A DNA stretch of 64,000 nt from Fistulifera solaris (Eukaryota), in NCBI GenBank assembly GCA_030295235.1, contig AP026131.1, positions 868,001 through 932,000 of the forward strand, in the 5' to 3' direction. This document shows, in pieces, positions 47,761-60,575 of the stretch. Under the pieces are notes generated by a model. It did no database searches, was not told where the DNA came from, and was given only the letters and a program-made list of their open reading frames with translations. Made by a program: the position numbers and the translations under genes. Position 1 is the stretch's first letter, and the number at the start of each line of letters is the position of its first letter.

Positions 47761-49191
47761 ATGAAGCTTTATCTTTTAGCAGCGTCAACTTTGGCCACCC
47801 GTTCGTCGTCGGCACTTCCCTTTCGAGGACGTCCGCCCAAAACGGAGGAAAATGGAGAACGACGCAATCAAGCGGTCGAGCAGTTCCTTGCTTCGGAAAC
47901 GCCCGAAGCTTCGGCTGTGCTTCAGCAACGTGTTCATCAAGATGCGATGGAGATTTTCGACTTTTTGGTCGACACACGGCGCACCCTTCATCGACATCCG
48001 GAGCTCATGTACCAAGAAGAAGAAACATCCAAGGCAATTCAGACGATTCTTCGAGAATTTGACATTGAATTTACGACAGGTTGGGCTGTCAATACCAATC
48101 CGGATGTTCATCCGGGTCCGGGCGGATATGGCGTGGTGGCCGATATTGGAACCGGAAAGGAGCCGTGTATTTTGCTACGAGCCGATATGGATGCATTGCC
48201 CATTATGGAACAAACAAACGTCGATTTTAGGTCACAATATCCCAACAAAATGCACGCGTGTGGACACGATGGTCATACGACCATGTTGTTGGGAGCAGCT
48301 CGTATTTTGAAAGGAATGGAAAACAGTTTGAATGGCACGGTGCGACTGGTCTTTCAACCCGCCGAAGAAGGCGGGGCCGGAGCCAAACGAATGCGCGAAG
48401 AAGGAGTATTGACGCAACAACCGAAACCAGCCTTGGCCATGGGTATGCATGTTTGGCCTACCTTGCCCTCTGAGTGTTGTTGCCGCCCGACCGGGACCGT
48501 TGCTGGCGGCATGTGAACGATTTGAGATCACGTTGCAGGGGGTAGGAGGACACGCCGCCATGCCGCATCTTGTAACGGATCCGATTGTGACGGGGGCGTC
48601 CATTATCATGAATTTACAGACCATTGTTTCTCGCAACACCAGTCCACTGGAGGCTGGAGTTTGTAGCATCACAAAGTTCGAGGCCGGTTCAGCGTTTAAC
48701 ATTATTCCTGATTCGGCTATCATTTGGGGAACTATCCGTGCCCTGAGCACAGAAACATTGTTGGAATTACGCGATCGAGTGCAGCACATTGTGCAATCAA
48801 CAGCGACAACGTATGGATGCAACGCGACCATCAAATACAGTCCTGACTACTATCCACCGACTGTGAATGATCCTGCTTTATTCGAGTCGTTTTCGAAAGA
48901 AGTAGGTGCACTGGTGTCGGAGGAGGGAAGATTGAGAGAAACGGAGCCCACAATGGGCGCCGAAGATTTTTCATTTTTGCCGAGAGCATACCCAGCACTT
49001 TCTATCTTCTCGGACAAGGCAGCGGTCAAGTGCCACCTACGAATTACGGTTTACACCATCCCCAATTCGCGCTAGATGAATCCGTCCTTACAAGAGGCGT
49101 GGAATTGCACGTTAATTGGGCAGTTCGCGCTCTCAAGAAGCTGGCGGAGAATGACGAAACGAGTCGGCAAATAAGGACTGCTGAGTTATAA
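47761..49191 (+). CDS. M20 family amidohydrolase (IAA-amino acid hydrolase ILR1-like); 2 frameshifts
   Basis: RRTLHRHPELMYQE, LLRADMDALPI, MHACGHDGHTTMLLGAA, FQPAEEGGAGA, GGHAAMPH, MGAEDFSF and LHHPQFALDE. Shifts near 48470 and 48978. Confidence 0.92.
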
Positions 49192-49348
49192 CTGGGGAAG
49201 TAGTACAAAATTTGTGTTAAAATAGAAGTCTACACACGTCTTGGTCGCGTAAAGCAGGCGCTTTGTGTGTTCACAATTCCACCCTGTTATTCTGCATGAA
49301 ATAGTCAAGAGCGAAGTAGATAAAATCTACTCCGTATAGACTAATATT

Positions 49349-50805
49349 CTACCTCTTTTCTACAAATTTATCCTTGACGTGCGCAGCTACATGAAACCCG
49401 GACAAAGCTGCAGCTTCGAACCCAGGACATCGATTGGAGCAAAAGTCACCGGCATAGTAAAGTCGCAGGTCATCGTCAGCTACAAAGTCTCTCCCACTAT
49501 CAGTAGGTTCGTGTACCAGTGGTTTATTCAATTTTGCGGCAAATCGATTACCCACAATGTGATGAATGTCATCGCATAAATCCTCTGCCACAGGCAGGCC
49601 GGATCCCCATCGTTGAGCTTGCATGTAGACGACAGTTGGCTGCTCAGCAAGATATGAATCGATGGATTGAAGAAATGCTTTGTACAGAGCAGGTCCAGCA
49701 ACAGTATTTAAGTAGTCATTTTCTTGGGGTTTGAAGGCACCCGTCTCTCGATCACGCATGGAAGTTTGACTTATTTCTTGAAGCGCGTAGGATGGTGTTG
49801 AAATCAATGTCCAGCATTCGGGTCCATCGGACGAAAACCCTGGCTTTGATTGACTACAGGCCGCAAACCAGAGAGGCGAGGACGGAGAAGCATCGACAAA
49901 GGCATCCAGTGGAATCAAATGGCGAATAGGCTTCATGAAGTAGACATTATGTGAGCGACAAAGTCTTCGAATCAGAAATCTCAGAACACATCACAAACCT
50001 TTTCGAAAGCTATCATGCATGAGAAAAGAGGCATGCGAACTTTTTTCGGTAGTTGCTGTAATAACTCATCGGGTATGCCGGCGCTGGCACGGTGCCAAGA
50101 GCCTGACGCTGAGGAAATATCTGTGAGAACAACAGCATCATAAACACCTAGACTCGCCAGATCGGTAGCCGCTTCGTTTGTATCATGAAAAGCTTGATTT
50201 CCTGTGACTCCAAACAATTCCCATTGTTTATCTTTTCGCTTTATTTGACATACTCGTGTACCTTTTTCTACTACGGCGCGTGAAGATTGCAACAAGTGGC
50301 GAGGCAATTGATGCATACCGCCTAGAGCAATATATACAGGACTGCTTTTTGAAGCGATTCCGAAGAAATCAAACGCATGCGAGTTGTCTGCTGGGAGAAC
50401 ACCAAAGGCTCCTTTCCATGGTGCTACCCAGCCGCGTTCGCACCATTGACGGACGATGCGTTTCATTTCTTCCGAATCGGCCCGGAAAAACTGACAACCG
50501 TGATCAAATTCGTAAGTCGACGACGACTCGGCATTGCGCAGCAAAGAAGTATCATCTTCAATGATTTGTTTATCAGAAGCCCGGACAGACCGATGAGATG
50601 CTCTTCCACCGGGTCCGCGTCGGCCTTGATCGAAAACGGTGACCTCGGCCGCGGATGCGAGAGCCGCTGCCGCACAGCAACCGGATATGCCACCGCCGAC
50701 GATGGCAATTTTGGCTGCCATTCTGGAAGATGATTCCGAAAAAAGGGCCCTGGCGTGACGATATCCGAAGAGCATTACCATCCAAGAAGCATAACGATGC
50801 CGCAT
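49349..50805 (-). CDS. Renalase-like FAD/NAD(P)-dependent oxidoreductase, 2 exons (intron 49931-49998)
   Basis: IAIVGGGISG...VFDQGRRGPGGRAS, FDHGCQFF, AQRWGS, YAGDFC...FEAAALSG. Confidence 0.88.
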
Positions 50806-51359
50806 GTTGGCAGGCAAAAAAATGAAAGCGGACGAGCTTTTTTGGCAACCGTCTAACCGCGTCCGTCCTTTCGGAGGAATAACCTTTGCGAAAACTTGGA
50901 ACTTGGAACAGCACCGGGCACCAGCTTCTAAAGCGTTTTCTGTGCGACACGGCACAAATTGCAGTTTAACGGTAAGAAACCGTTGTTTTCAATTACTGTA
51001 GGCGAATTGCAGCACTTTATCATACTGCGACAGTAGATCAATTTGTATTTATAAATTTAGTGTACGCGTTGTCGTACAGAATTGTGACAGTCATTCAAAG
51101 AGAAATTATTCACCTTTGTGGGGCCCATGTCTTATTACACTACAGCTCGAAGCAGCGTCGTCGTTGCCGCAGCCATTTACGGTGGTGGAGACTCGGATCT
51201 CAGATGAACAGATGAATAATTCGTTCGCGACAACTTTTCCTTTTGTCAAGGCTAACAACAACATTTATTGAAACATATACTTTATACATCAAGACCATAA
51301 AAGCGCTCCAACCTCAAAACAAACAGATCGCACCTTTCTCTATAGATAGAAATTACGGT

Positions 51360-54047
51360 ATGAGCCGGTTCGTGCGAGGCCTTTTACCTGCTTGGGTGTA
51401 CGTCTGCTGCGGGGCGAAAGCAACGGCGTTGAAATGCAAGGTAGATGCCGATTGCGAGTCAGGAATGGCGCCAGGGTCTATCTGCCGAAATGACGGCACA
51501 TGCAGCAATCCGTTTGAGAGCGGCTGTCTGTATCATAAACTTCCAACTTGGAAGAAGAAACGAGTGTGCAATTCCGAAGACCCTCCGGATGCTGTTGAGC
51601 AAGGAATCTGTCGAAAGTCTGATTTTGATTACATGGAGCTTCGAATATTTTCCGAAAATTGGGAGTCTGTTTTCTTTGAAGCCTGGATATTGCAAGTCAT
51701 TCTTAGCGAGATGTTAGACGTTCCGAGCACCATCGAAACGGGTAGTTACGAAGCTCGATTGAACTTGTATCATCCCGATAGCCCTTTCGAATACGGACCC
51801 AGTAATAATTTCGAGGTTCTCAAAAACGGAAATATTCTTGGTGATTGTCGGAAGGCTCGCAAAGGCCCCAAAGATTATCAGCCTTGTGCTCATTTCATTC
51901 CGGAAGTGTGGGATATAAGTTCATTTACCTACATGGAAGATCAGGTTGAAAGCCAGGCAGAACCGCTTCTTAGTATGGGCATTCTAGGTCAAGAAGGATG
52001 GTTCGTTACAAAATTTAGTGTGGAAGCTGATCCATCCCTCGGTACTTATCTAGGATTGATGGGACAGAACGAAAAACTCGCTGAAATGTTCTTGAGACCA
52101 ACGACATGGAAAGACTATTGCGAGAAAGTTTCTTCAAATGGTTGCTCGATTCCCGATGGAACAGCGCAACGAGCGCCGATAACGGACGAGGAAGAAGATA
52201 GAATGTTCGTCGAAGGCTTGTACACTGGCTACTTTCGCAAGACCGAGGAAAACGATTGCACCATACCAGATAAGAATTGCACAGGGCACATTGCCGACTA
52301 TCCATGCTCTTGGTCGTCTTTCATGGAATCCCAAGCGTATCATTTCAACATTCCTGTGAGTAGCAGCGGAAATCAAATGGGATCGAGAGGCTACAGCCAC
52401 AGTCAGTTAAAGAAATTTGGCGTGCTGCAAACGCAACCCGGTCGAATTGCATGGCTTATTGGTGGTATCCTGAAGCCCTGTACCACGAATTTAGTGGAAC
52501 TGACGCCGAGTTTTTCAAGATAACGCTACCTCCTGCGACTCGAGAGTGCTATCGTGCAAAACAACGGCTTGAATTTATGTGTACGGCAACGAGGGAGGAA
52601 AGGTTGGGGACTCCCGAATCTGCTTGCGATAATCAGCCCGACTTGATCGACAAGGCAATAGCCAGGTCCTTACATGATCTTACATACAAGAACAGCTTTG
52701 GCCAAAATGTGGCATCTACAAGTCCTGGGTATGAAGTATTGAAGTTGTTTACAATTGACAACTTCCATTTGTCCGACATATACAATTATTGGGAGGAAAA
52801 GCCCAGTCCCCGGGAGGCAATTTGCCAGTGGGTTGTCGACAATATGGAGTATGTGGAACGATTCATTCCTCCCTCTTATCCCAGAGCGACTCAAGCGATG
52901 AATGAGAAAAACAATCCTCTTCTTTACGCAAGCATCGGTGCCGGGTCACTGGCTACTACTCTTGTGGCTTTGACAGCTACTGTCATATGGCGTAAACGAC
53001 ACCAGCGAGCGGTAGTAGTCGCTCAAGTTGAATTCTTGATGTTGGTTTTGTCGGGCGCTGGAATTCTTGCCGTTGGGTCGATCTTAGCTGGAGCAATGCC
53101 AAGTAACAGAAGCTGTGTGGCTGCTTGGTGGTTGATATTGTTCGGTTACACGTTAGAGCTGATTCCGTTGATCGTTAAAATGACCGCTATTCATCGCGTA
53201 GTATCGGCCGCTAAACGCTTACGTCGGATTGTGTTGAAGCGAAGCTCGCTGCTGGGGGCGGTTGGTGCTGTATGTTTTATGGTTGTTCTTTATCTTGCAG
53301 TTTGGACCATAGTAGACCCGCCTCGTCGAACAGAAGAGCTTTTTCTTATCGGAGAGTCGGAACTCTCAGGGATTTGTGATTGTCGAAACTAGCTACTATT
53401 GCAGTTCGAGAAATATGGCATGGCCGTACATTGCGACGGGATGGATCGTGATGCTTTTGGTGTGGGCATCACTCATTGCATTTCAAGCGAGGAAGGTGGA
53501 TAAGGATTTCAATGAGTCCCGGACATTGGCATTTATGATTTATTCTCATTTCGTTTTCATCACGCTCGTCGTCGTGACGTATGGTCTATCGGGCGAAGTA
53601 AATGAGACGACACTACGACGAATGAGAAGTCTGATTCTAAGCGTTGATACAATGTCTGCTCTATGTATCTACTTCTTGCCCATTCTGACCGACGATGGAA
53701 CCTCCTCAAGACTCGGCAGAGAGATTTCTGGGTTACACCAGGAAACCAATGGGCGGGCTAATGCTTTTGAGAGAATAAGGGGCGCTCTTGCGTCGGGGCT
53801 TTCATTAATATCAGCAGTTGAAGAGGTTGATGCAAATGACACTGCGGAGAGTGAACGTGCGGAGGACAAGCAACAGGGACCACCGCAGCCGTTTGAACGA
53901 ATAAGAGGCACTCTTGCCTCCGGACTTTCATTAATATCGACAGTCGAAGAGGTTGATAGAAGTGAAGCGTTAGAAAGTGAAGAAGTAAAGAAGCAAGAAA
54001 GGGGCCCAACTGACTCGCTAGCCTGCGAACAAGCTGCCGAACGATAG
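51360..54047 (+). CDS. Class C (GABA-B-like, 7tm_3) G protein-coupled receptor with a large Cys-rich/periplasmic-binding-like ectodomain; 2 frameshifts
   Basis: Seven TM segments with IWRKRHQRAVVVAQVEFL, C.AAWWLILFGYTLELIPLIVK, WTIVDPP and DFNESRTLAFMIYS. Shifts near 52410 and 53375. Confidence 0.85.
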
Positions 54048-54342
54048 ACCAAGGGCAGACACATGATCAATGACATCGTTTTTCTCGGAGTTGTCTTTGG
54101 TAAGCCGCAAGTTGGCAATGTAGCCATTATGATTTATATTTGCAATGTTCATATGTATAGCTAGTCGGGGTGTTAGCATGACGCGCCGAACTCTTGCAAT
54201 GCATTCCTTAATTCTCTCTCCGCCGTTATCATCGCGACTTTTCACCACGATTACGCTTCTGTCGAGAATGAATCCTGACGTCCTGGCGATGAGTAATTAC
54301 AACCTAGGGTTCACTCACTCTGTTTGACTGTATTTTTCCCAT

Positions 54343-54414
54343 GGGGAACGAGACCCCCGCTTCCGCTTGCGGGAAGGGCGTGAAAGAAGAAAAAAGCTCA
54401 CCGCAGGCGGCTAG
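54343..54414 (+). mobile_element. Helitron-like 3' terminus related to 21326..21449 (5' end not identified)
   Basis: GGGGAACGAGACCCCCG hairpin and CCGCAGGCGGCTAG|T end are shared with the 124-bp element. Confidence 0.6.
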
Positions 54415-54422
54415 TCGTATGA

Positions 54423-54927
54423 CCGGCAATGTCTGCGAGACCTGACCTTCATGTTTTTACTATCATCGAAACAGTTGGTTCTCCCAATCCACGACTGGAT
54501 TTCAGTCATGAGACTGCATCGATCCTTTTGTACATGCAGCCTGCAGCGCGATTTTTTTTTTGTCTCTTTTCATGTTTGATTATATATAGTGTCATTACAA
54601 TAATAGATCCAAAGCGAATTATGCTCTCACCTTGGAATTTCGCAACTGCTATTTCAGCCGGCAATGTCTGCGAGTCCTGACCTTCATGTTTTTATATCAT
54701 CCAAACAGTTGGTTCTCCCAATCCACGACTGGATTTCAGTCATTTTACTGAATCAAAGGCTCGTTCCACAGTTCCACATCATCCACATTATCTCTCACTA
54801 TTAGATCGGTATTTGACTCTCACTTTTCCGCCGTCACATAGGCGGCAGCAACAGTATTTACAAGTACTATCCATTCAAATAATGTAATCGACTTTTTTCC
54901 ACGACTGCACACTCAGTCATGAGTCAT
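54423..54927 (-). repeat. Diverged family 2 satellite cluster (~87-bp direct repeat, 235-bp period, plus a third core)
   Basis: 54423-54509 matches 54658-54743. ACTATCA...GTTGGTTCTCCCAATCCACGACTGGATTTCAGTCATGA aligns with ACTATCA...GTTGGTTTACGCCAGCCAAGACTGGATTGTACAGGAGTCATGA at ~19010-19065. Confidence 0.7.
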
Positions 54928-55141
54928 AATGCCTCTTGGATTGGATCTTGTGAAAGTGTGCCGCAAACAGTGGAAGGGTCACAATGTCATACGGAAAAGT
55001 CTCTTTTGAAAATCTTCAAGTTCCATGACGCTCGTCATGGCAACGTTTTGCATCGCATTCCAGATCTTCTCAGAAGCTAACCAACTATAAACTGCCGGAG
55101 AAGCTCATTAGCCAAAGTGTCTATCAATCTGTTTTACACCC

Positions 55142-56103
55142 ATGCCGGAAAAGCCTCAAATCCGATTGACCGTTGCGGCGCAATGGGACGACGGTGTCGT
55201 GCACTCCAGTGATTACGCCCATCTTCCCCCAGAATGTGGCACCCATGCCCCGCTGCTCATTGCGGCGGCATCATTCTGTCAACTCTACGTCGAGAATGCG
55301 CTGGAAATGGGCACAACAATCCAGCGGATGCAAGTGACTGCCCAATCCAAGTGCAATATGACGCGCTTTTTTCGAAAAGCATACGATCGCGATTCGTCCG
55401 ATCCGTGGAAAGACATTGATCTGACGGCTCAAGTGGAAGCCGACCTGCCCGAGGACGATTTGCAATGGCACAAGGATGCCATAGTGAAGAAGTACGCGGC
55501 ACGAGAAGTGAATGATGAGCATTTCACCATCGAAGTCGGCATTCAGGTCGATGATATTACGGATACTGGAGCCGTCGTTCCCAAAATCAAGCCACAAGTG
55601 GATTACAACTATTACGAAGCGATAGCGAATGGCACCGATCCGGTGGAAAAAGAACAAAAGTAGTCTGTTTGTGGGAAGCCACCAAACCAGATGTCATTAC
55701 GACGACGTTCGATGGGGACGTCACGATCGAGCTGAGCAGCCAAGAGAATGTGAACATAGGTGAAACACCGGGTAATCATCCCACACCCATTTACGCCTAC
55801 CTGTACGGCGTCCTGTCGCAATTCATGACTTCCATGGCCATGCGGATGGCGTCTCGCGATATGGGTGTCGAGAAATTCACCGGAACTCTTTACACCATCC
55901 TCATGAATGGAAATAAGAACTATGATGACGGCCTCGATCCGTTGGTGTTCGATATCAACGGAGGCAAAATCAATTTAGATATTGTGGGCGATGCCTCTGC
56001 GGACAAGGTTCGATTCGCGTTCGAGGAAACACAGTCGATGACGCCGACGTACTTAGCGGCGAGCGGATGTATCGACACCAATCTCGAATTAACAAAATTG
56101 TGA
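55142..56103 (+). CDS. Tandem OsmC/Ohr-like-fold protein, probably one gene split by a 1-nt frameshift at ~55658
   Basis: Adding one A to CAAAAG joins the two ORFs (KEQKVVCLWE). Both halves show an OsmC-like order: V...W, G..P.P / helix, 'MG..I/V....T', 'I.L...V.AD'. TATAAA at ~55086. Confidence 0.6.
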
Positions 56104-56568
56104 GACGATTCTTTGTGAAGTTCATGAATGTATTGTGCGCTTTTACAGTAAACAACAGTCCACGTTATCGTTATTACAATGCGTTGAGTGCCGAGCGAGG
56201 GTCAAATCGTAAGCTGGATATTGCTCGCGGCTCGCAACTGGTCAAAAGGCGCTAGAAATACAATGAAAGAATTACTAAACTGTATTTGGAAGTGATTTAG
56301 CTGCTGTTTAAAAAAAAATAGGCGGTTTTTATAAAAAGTAAAACTAATGATGTTTATAGGTTTGAAGCGCTGTTCGTATAGCGCTGTGAGTTCTACACTG
56401 CGACATGATCTGGGAATGAATTTCAGTTTCAAAGACATTATTTCAATTTTTTGAGATAAAGAATGACCCCTGCACTAAAAAGGTAACACCAGGAGGCAAC
56501 AAAAAGAGTCCGATTTAAGCAATATCATTTATTGAGCTTGTTTACAGCTTCGGCTAAACATTGGCACA

Positions 56569-58050
56569 ATGGCAGTTCCAAGCTCGGGCTCAATGCATCG
56601 GCAATCGGCACGTAGAAGGACATTGAATCGATGTTTGTGTCACATGGGACTATGGTTGATCTTGATTCTTGCCGTCTATCAAGTACTATGGAGTCATTAT
56701 CTTGCTGGAATAAACGTCCCTGATATTGAGTATGACAAGATGACCGGGGAGAAGCGGATAAGGCGAAGGCCTCATAAACTGTTTAAGCGAGATCATGAAA
56801 AGCAGATTGATGTGCCGACGTAAGTCATATTTCAGATATCGGCATGAATACGATTTTGTTCGAGCCCTTCTAATAAACTCACTTCATTCGTTGTGTTCCT
56901 CTCTAGATCACCATTCGATGGCATTATGGAGAGTCACCTGAGTCTAATTAACATCAAAACGCCCACCAACGGCTTGAAAACCCAAGGCAACCAGAAATAT
57001 AGTGGGGTCAAGGCGACATTCTGTCATCTTTCATGGCAACTCCAAGACAAAAACCCAACAAACGTTCCTACCTTTCAGCACATACGCGATCTCAGCCCTC
57101 TTTGCTTAGGGACTCGATTTACTGTAGATTTATGGGAAATTACACGCCAGGCGGAGCAGTACGACTTGAGAAATCATACCTTTGTCGCTACTACGCCTCG
57201 GGAGGGCAGGGTCCACATCCACCCACTGCAGTTATCTTTCATCAAAGTCGTTGTGGTTCGACGCTTGTATCCAATATCTTGGCGGCATTTCGTCCCCAAC
57301 ATAGCCGTGTTTACGCAGAAGCTCCGGCTCCTATCACGGCGTTACTGGCTTGTGATGATGTAGAATGTGATGAGGAAGCACAGAATGCTTTGATACAAGA
57401 TGTCTTTTATCTGATGGGGCGATCTCCTGGACCGACGTTACCGCAATACGTCTTTTACAAGTTTCAGGCGATTGGTGCGCAACACATTGCTTTGTTCGAA
57501 CGAGCCATGCCGAATACACCATGGATGTTCCTTTACCGCGATCCGACGGAGGTAATGGTTTCGCTTTTAAAGAATGCGTTGAAAGGCGGAAATCCACTTG
57601 GTCGAAACTATTTACCACACTGTCTTCGTAATTATGGAACCGCCCAACACCCGGAAGCTTTGACGAGTCTGGTAGAAACCAAGGGGAAACGCGTGGAAGA
57701 TTTGACGAAAGAGGAGTATTGTGCGGCGCATTTGGCTACGTTGGGGGATACAGCGTTGCATCAGTATCAACAGAAAAAAAGCAAGCAAGCGGTGGCTGAT
57801 CAATTACAGCGACTTGCCTCACGCAATATGGGAGACTGTTTTGCCCAGTATTGTCGGTCCTTTGTCGTCTGAACAGCTCGAGGCTATGAGAAATGTCGCG
57901 AAGCTTGAGTCTAGAAATGGTAAAGTATTTCACGAAGATTCCCAAATGAAACAGGGTACTGCGACAGAAGAAATGAAACAGGCCACAAAGTTGTTTATGC
58001 AGCCGATATACGACAGCTTAGAAGCGGTACGCAAGGGAATACAGTTTTGA
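56569..58050 (+). CDS. Type II membrane sulfotransferase-like (P-loop) protein; intron 56820-56906; 2 frameshifts
   Basis: N-terminal TM; VIFHQSRCGSTL (5'-PAPS-binding-like) and WMFLYRDPTEVMVS (3'-PB-like); C-terminal INYSDLP and FHEDSQMK. Confidence 0.8.
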
Positions 58051-58674
58051 ATATGAAGGAAAATTATTTATGAATTATAGAAACCTTCTCTGTCCGAGTC
58101 AGATGTCTACATTGCGACGAGTAAGCTCAATAGTAGTGGTTTGCCGAGAAAACCGTATTCTGATCGCTCACCGACATGCTCTCGTTCCGCTTAGAGGAGT
58201 ATTGTGCGGCGCATTTGGCTACGTTGGGGGATACAGCGTTGCATCAGTATCAACAGAAAAAAGCAAGCAAGCGGTGGCTGATCAATTACAGCGACTTGCC
58301 TCACGCAATATGGGAGACTGTTTTGCCCAGTATTGTCGGTCCTTTGTCGTCTGAACAGCTCGAGGCTATGAGAAATGTCGCGAAGCTTGAGTCTAGAAAT
58401 GGTAAAGTATTTCACGAAGATTCCCAAATGAAACAGGGTACTGCGACAGAAGAAATGAAACAGGCCACAAAGTTGTTTATGCAGCCGATATACGACAGCT
58501 TAGAAGCGGTACGCAAGGGAATACAGTTTTGAATATGAAGGAAAATTATTTATGAATTATAGAAACCTTCTCTGTCCGAGTCAGATGTCTACATTGCGAC
58601 GAGTAAGCTCAATAGTAGTGGTTTGGCGAGAAAACCGTATTCTGATCGCTCACCGACATGCTCTCGTTCCGCTT
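57710..58674. repeat. Near-perfect tandem duplication (483 + 482 bp) of the 3' ends of two convergent genes
   Basis: 57710-58192 versus 58193-58674; differences seen are A7 vs A6 in CAGAAAAAA(A)GC and one C/G substitution. Confidence 0.95.
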
Positions 58675-60575
58675 CACGTTCAACGGCGCTGGCAACGATA
58701 GTCAATAATCCAGGATGGCGAGCCATGAAAGGTCTATTGGCGGGTTCAGTAGCCAATCTTTCCATTGCTCTAATTGCAGTGTCACGTGCACCGACGAGAT
58801 CCTTCTCTTGGAAACTCGCACACGTAGTGAGAGCATCGAGAATAGCTCTCGTGCACATTGGCCGGCGACTATTGTCTTCGTTCACGAGATGCATGATTGC
58901 GCGGACGGCATTCTCTCGATCACTCTTGGCCACGGCATCCGACACACACATATCACATAAAGTATCCAGAACACCAGGATGATTCATCAACACCTCTCGA
59001 TTTTCGGGCTCCCTGGCCTTGACTCGTAAGACGGCCGCCACATTATTTTGAGTTTTACTCAATGATGCCACAACAAGCGCGTTGAGCAACGCTTCGCGAC
59101 ATTCCATATGAAAAAGAATACCATTCGCAATTTTGGTGAGCGCTAGTGCAGCTCTTGATTGTACTTCTGAATTGAAATCTTTGTAGGAGACAATCGCCAA
59201 TGTGTTTAGAAGCCCTTTATGATTTCCGATGATCTCACAAGTTTCTTCGCTGGCAAGGTTTGTCAAGGCACCTGCCGCCCGACGCATTGTTTTTGAATCA
59301 CTACTGCTGGAAAGAAGTGTTTGTTTCAATGCTTCAAGAACAATACTTTCTCTGAAAGATACAATGCGAAGACGATTTTCCTTCGCATAGGACAAGTTCT
59401 GAATGGCAGTTATAGCAGACTCTCGAGTTGAAATTACTTCTTCAACAAAAATCGTTTTCACGAGCGTAGCTAGCAAAGCATCGTCTTCCACCATACGTTT
59501 CTGATTTTCTGCAGAGCTTGCAAGCTCAGCCAACGTAACGGCTGCGTAGTGCCGGACTTGATCCGAACTATCGTAATTGAGAGCGCGAAGTGTGGACCCA
59601 ACTATTTCTTTGCTATCGAACACAATTTCCTTGTTATCATCGCAATTCGCGATATTCGCTATGAATCGCATTCGAAGTACCCGACATTCGGGCTGGGACA
59701 AAGTTGATTCGGAGGCTAGTGCAGCGCCGATCCCTTTCAGTCGACACAAGGTAGCTCGTAACTGGCTGCAGCGACCGAGATATGTCAAGATGCGCCAAAT
59801 GTTCAATATGCTAACAGCAGCATTCGCCATGCTCCCTGTCTCGCATCGACTAAGCAATCGAAGCAACAGCACAAGAAGATTGGCAGGTAGCCTTTCGTAA
59901 GCAGCATGTACGCACTTCGAAGATCCACGAAATACCATTTCAAGGGCTGAACAAATCATACGAATTTCGTCGTCACTCGCAGCCATGGCTAGCAGCTTGG
60001 AAAGAGCGTGCGCGGCCCCTTGCTCTAGTTCTAAATTGTGAATGCCTTCATCATTGTGATCAAACATTTCACATGCCGTCGATATCGCAGCTATGCGTCG
60101 ATCATAACCCTGACTGCGTACCAAATCTATGCGGACAGTTTGAGACTAGAGTTTTGTGTAACGAAACAGTAGAATGGTCCTTACCTTCGACTACCTTTCG
60201 CAATTTCCGTGAGTGATCTTTAGATTTTGGTCCCATAGACGCGTTGGCAACAATTGGTACTTTCAGCTCTTCGAAGAATTCATCAGAATAATTATATTTG
60301 CTGTTTGTGCGGTTTCCAGTTGTCTTAGGAAATTGTTTGACCGTTTCCGATCCTCTGGGTGTTATCGGATAATAGGAATCGCGCTCTTCGCGTGCTTTAG
60401 TCCTTAATGAAGCAGACCTCGGCACGCCTCCTCTTTGCTGCGTCGTTTCCGAAGAATTCGGAGTGTGATCGGTGACAATTCTTCGAACGGCACTATCGTA
60501 CGAATGCGAGGAAACCAGAGAACGATGCCGGCTCGAAGGTGAGTGGAGACGCTTATTTGGCGCCATGGATGCCAT
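58589..60575 (-). CDS. Armadillo-repeat protein, 2 exons
   Basis: Repeats such as RHYAAVTLAELAS, RESAITAIQNLS, RRAAGALTNLAS, RENAVRAIMHLV. GTAAGG..CATAG intron at ~60184-60130. Confidence 0.85.

Noticed and set aside
55655..55670. Stop-codon readthrough or programmed frameshift between the OsmC-like ORFs
   Set aside because: The downstream ORF is in a different frame, so readthrough fails. There is no canonical slippery heptamer, and homopolymer indels are common in this window.
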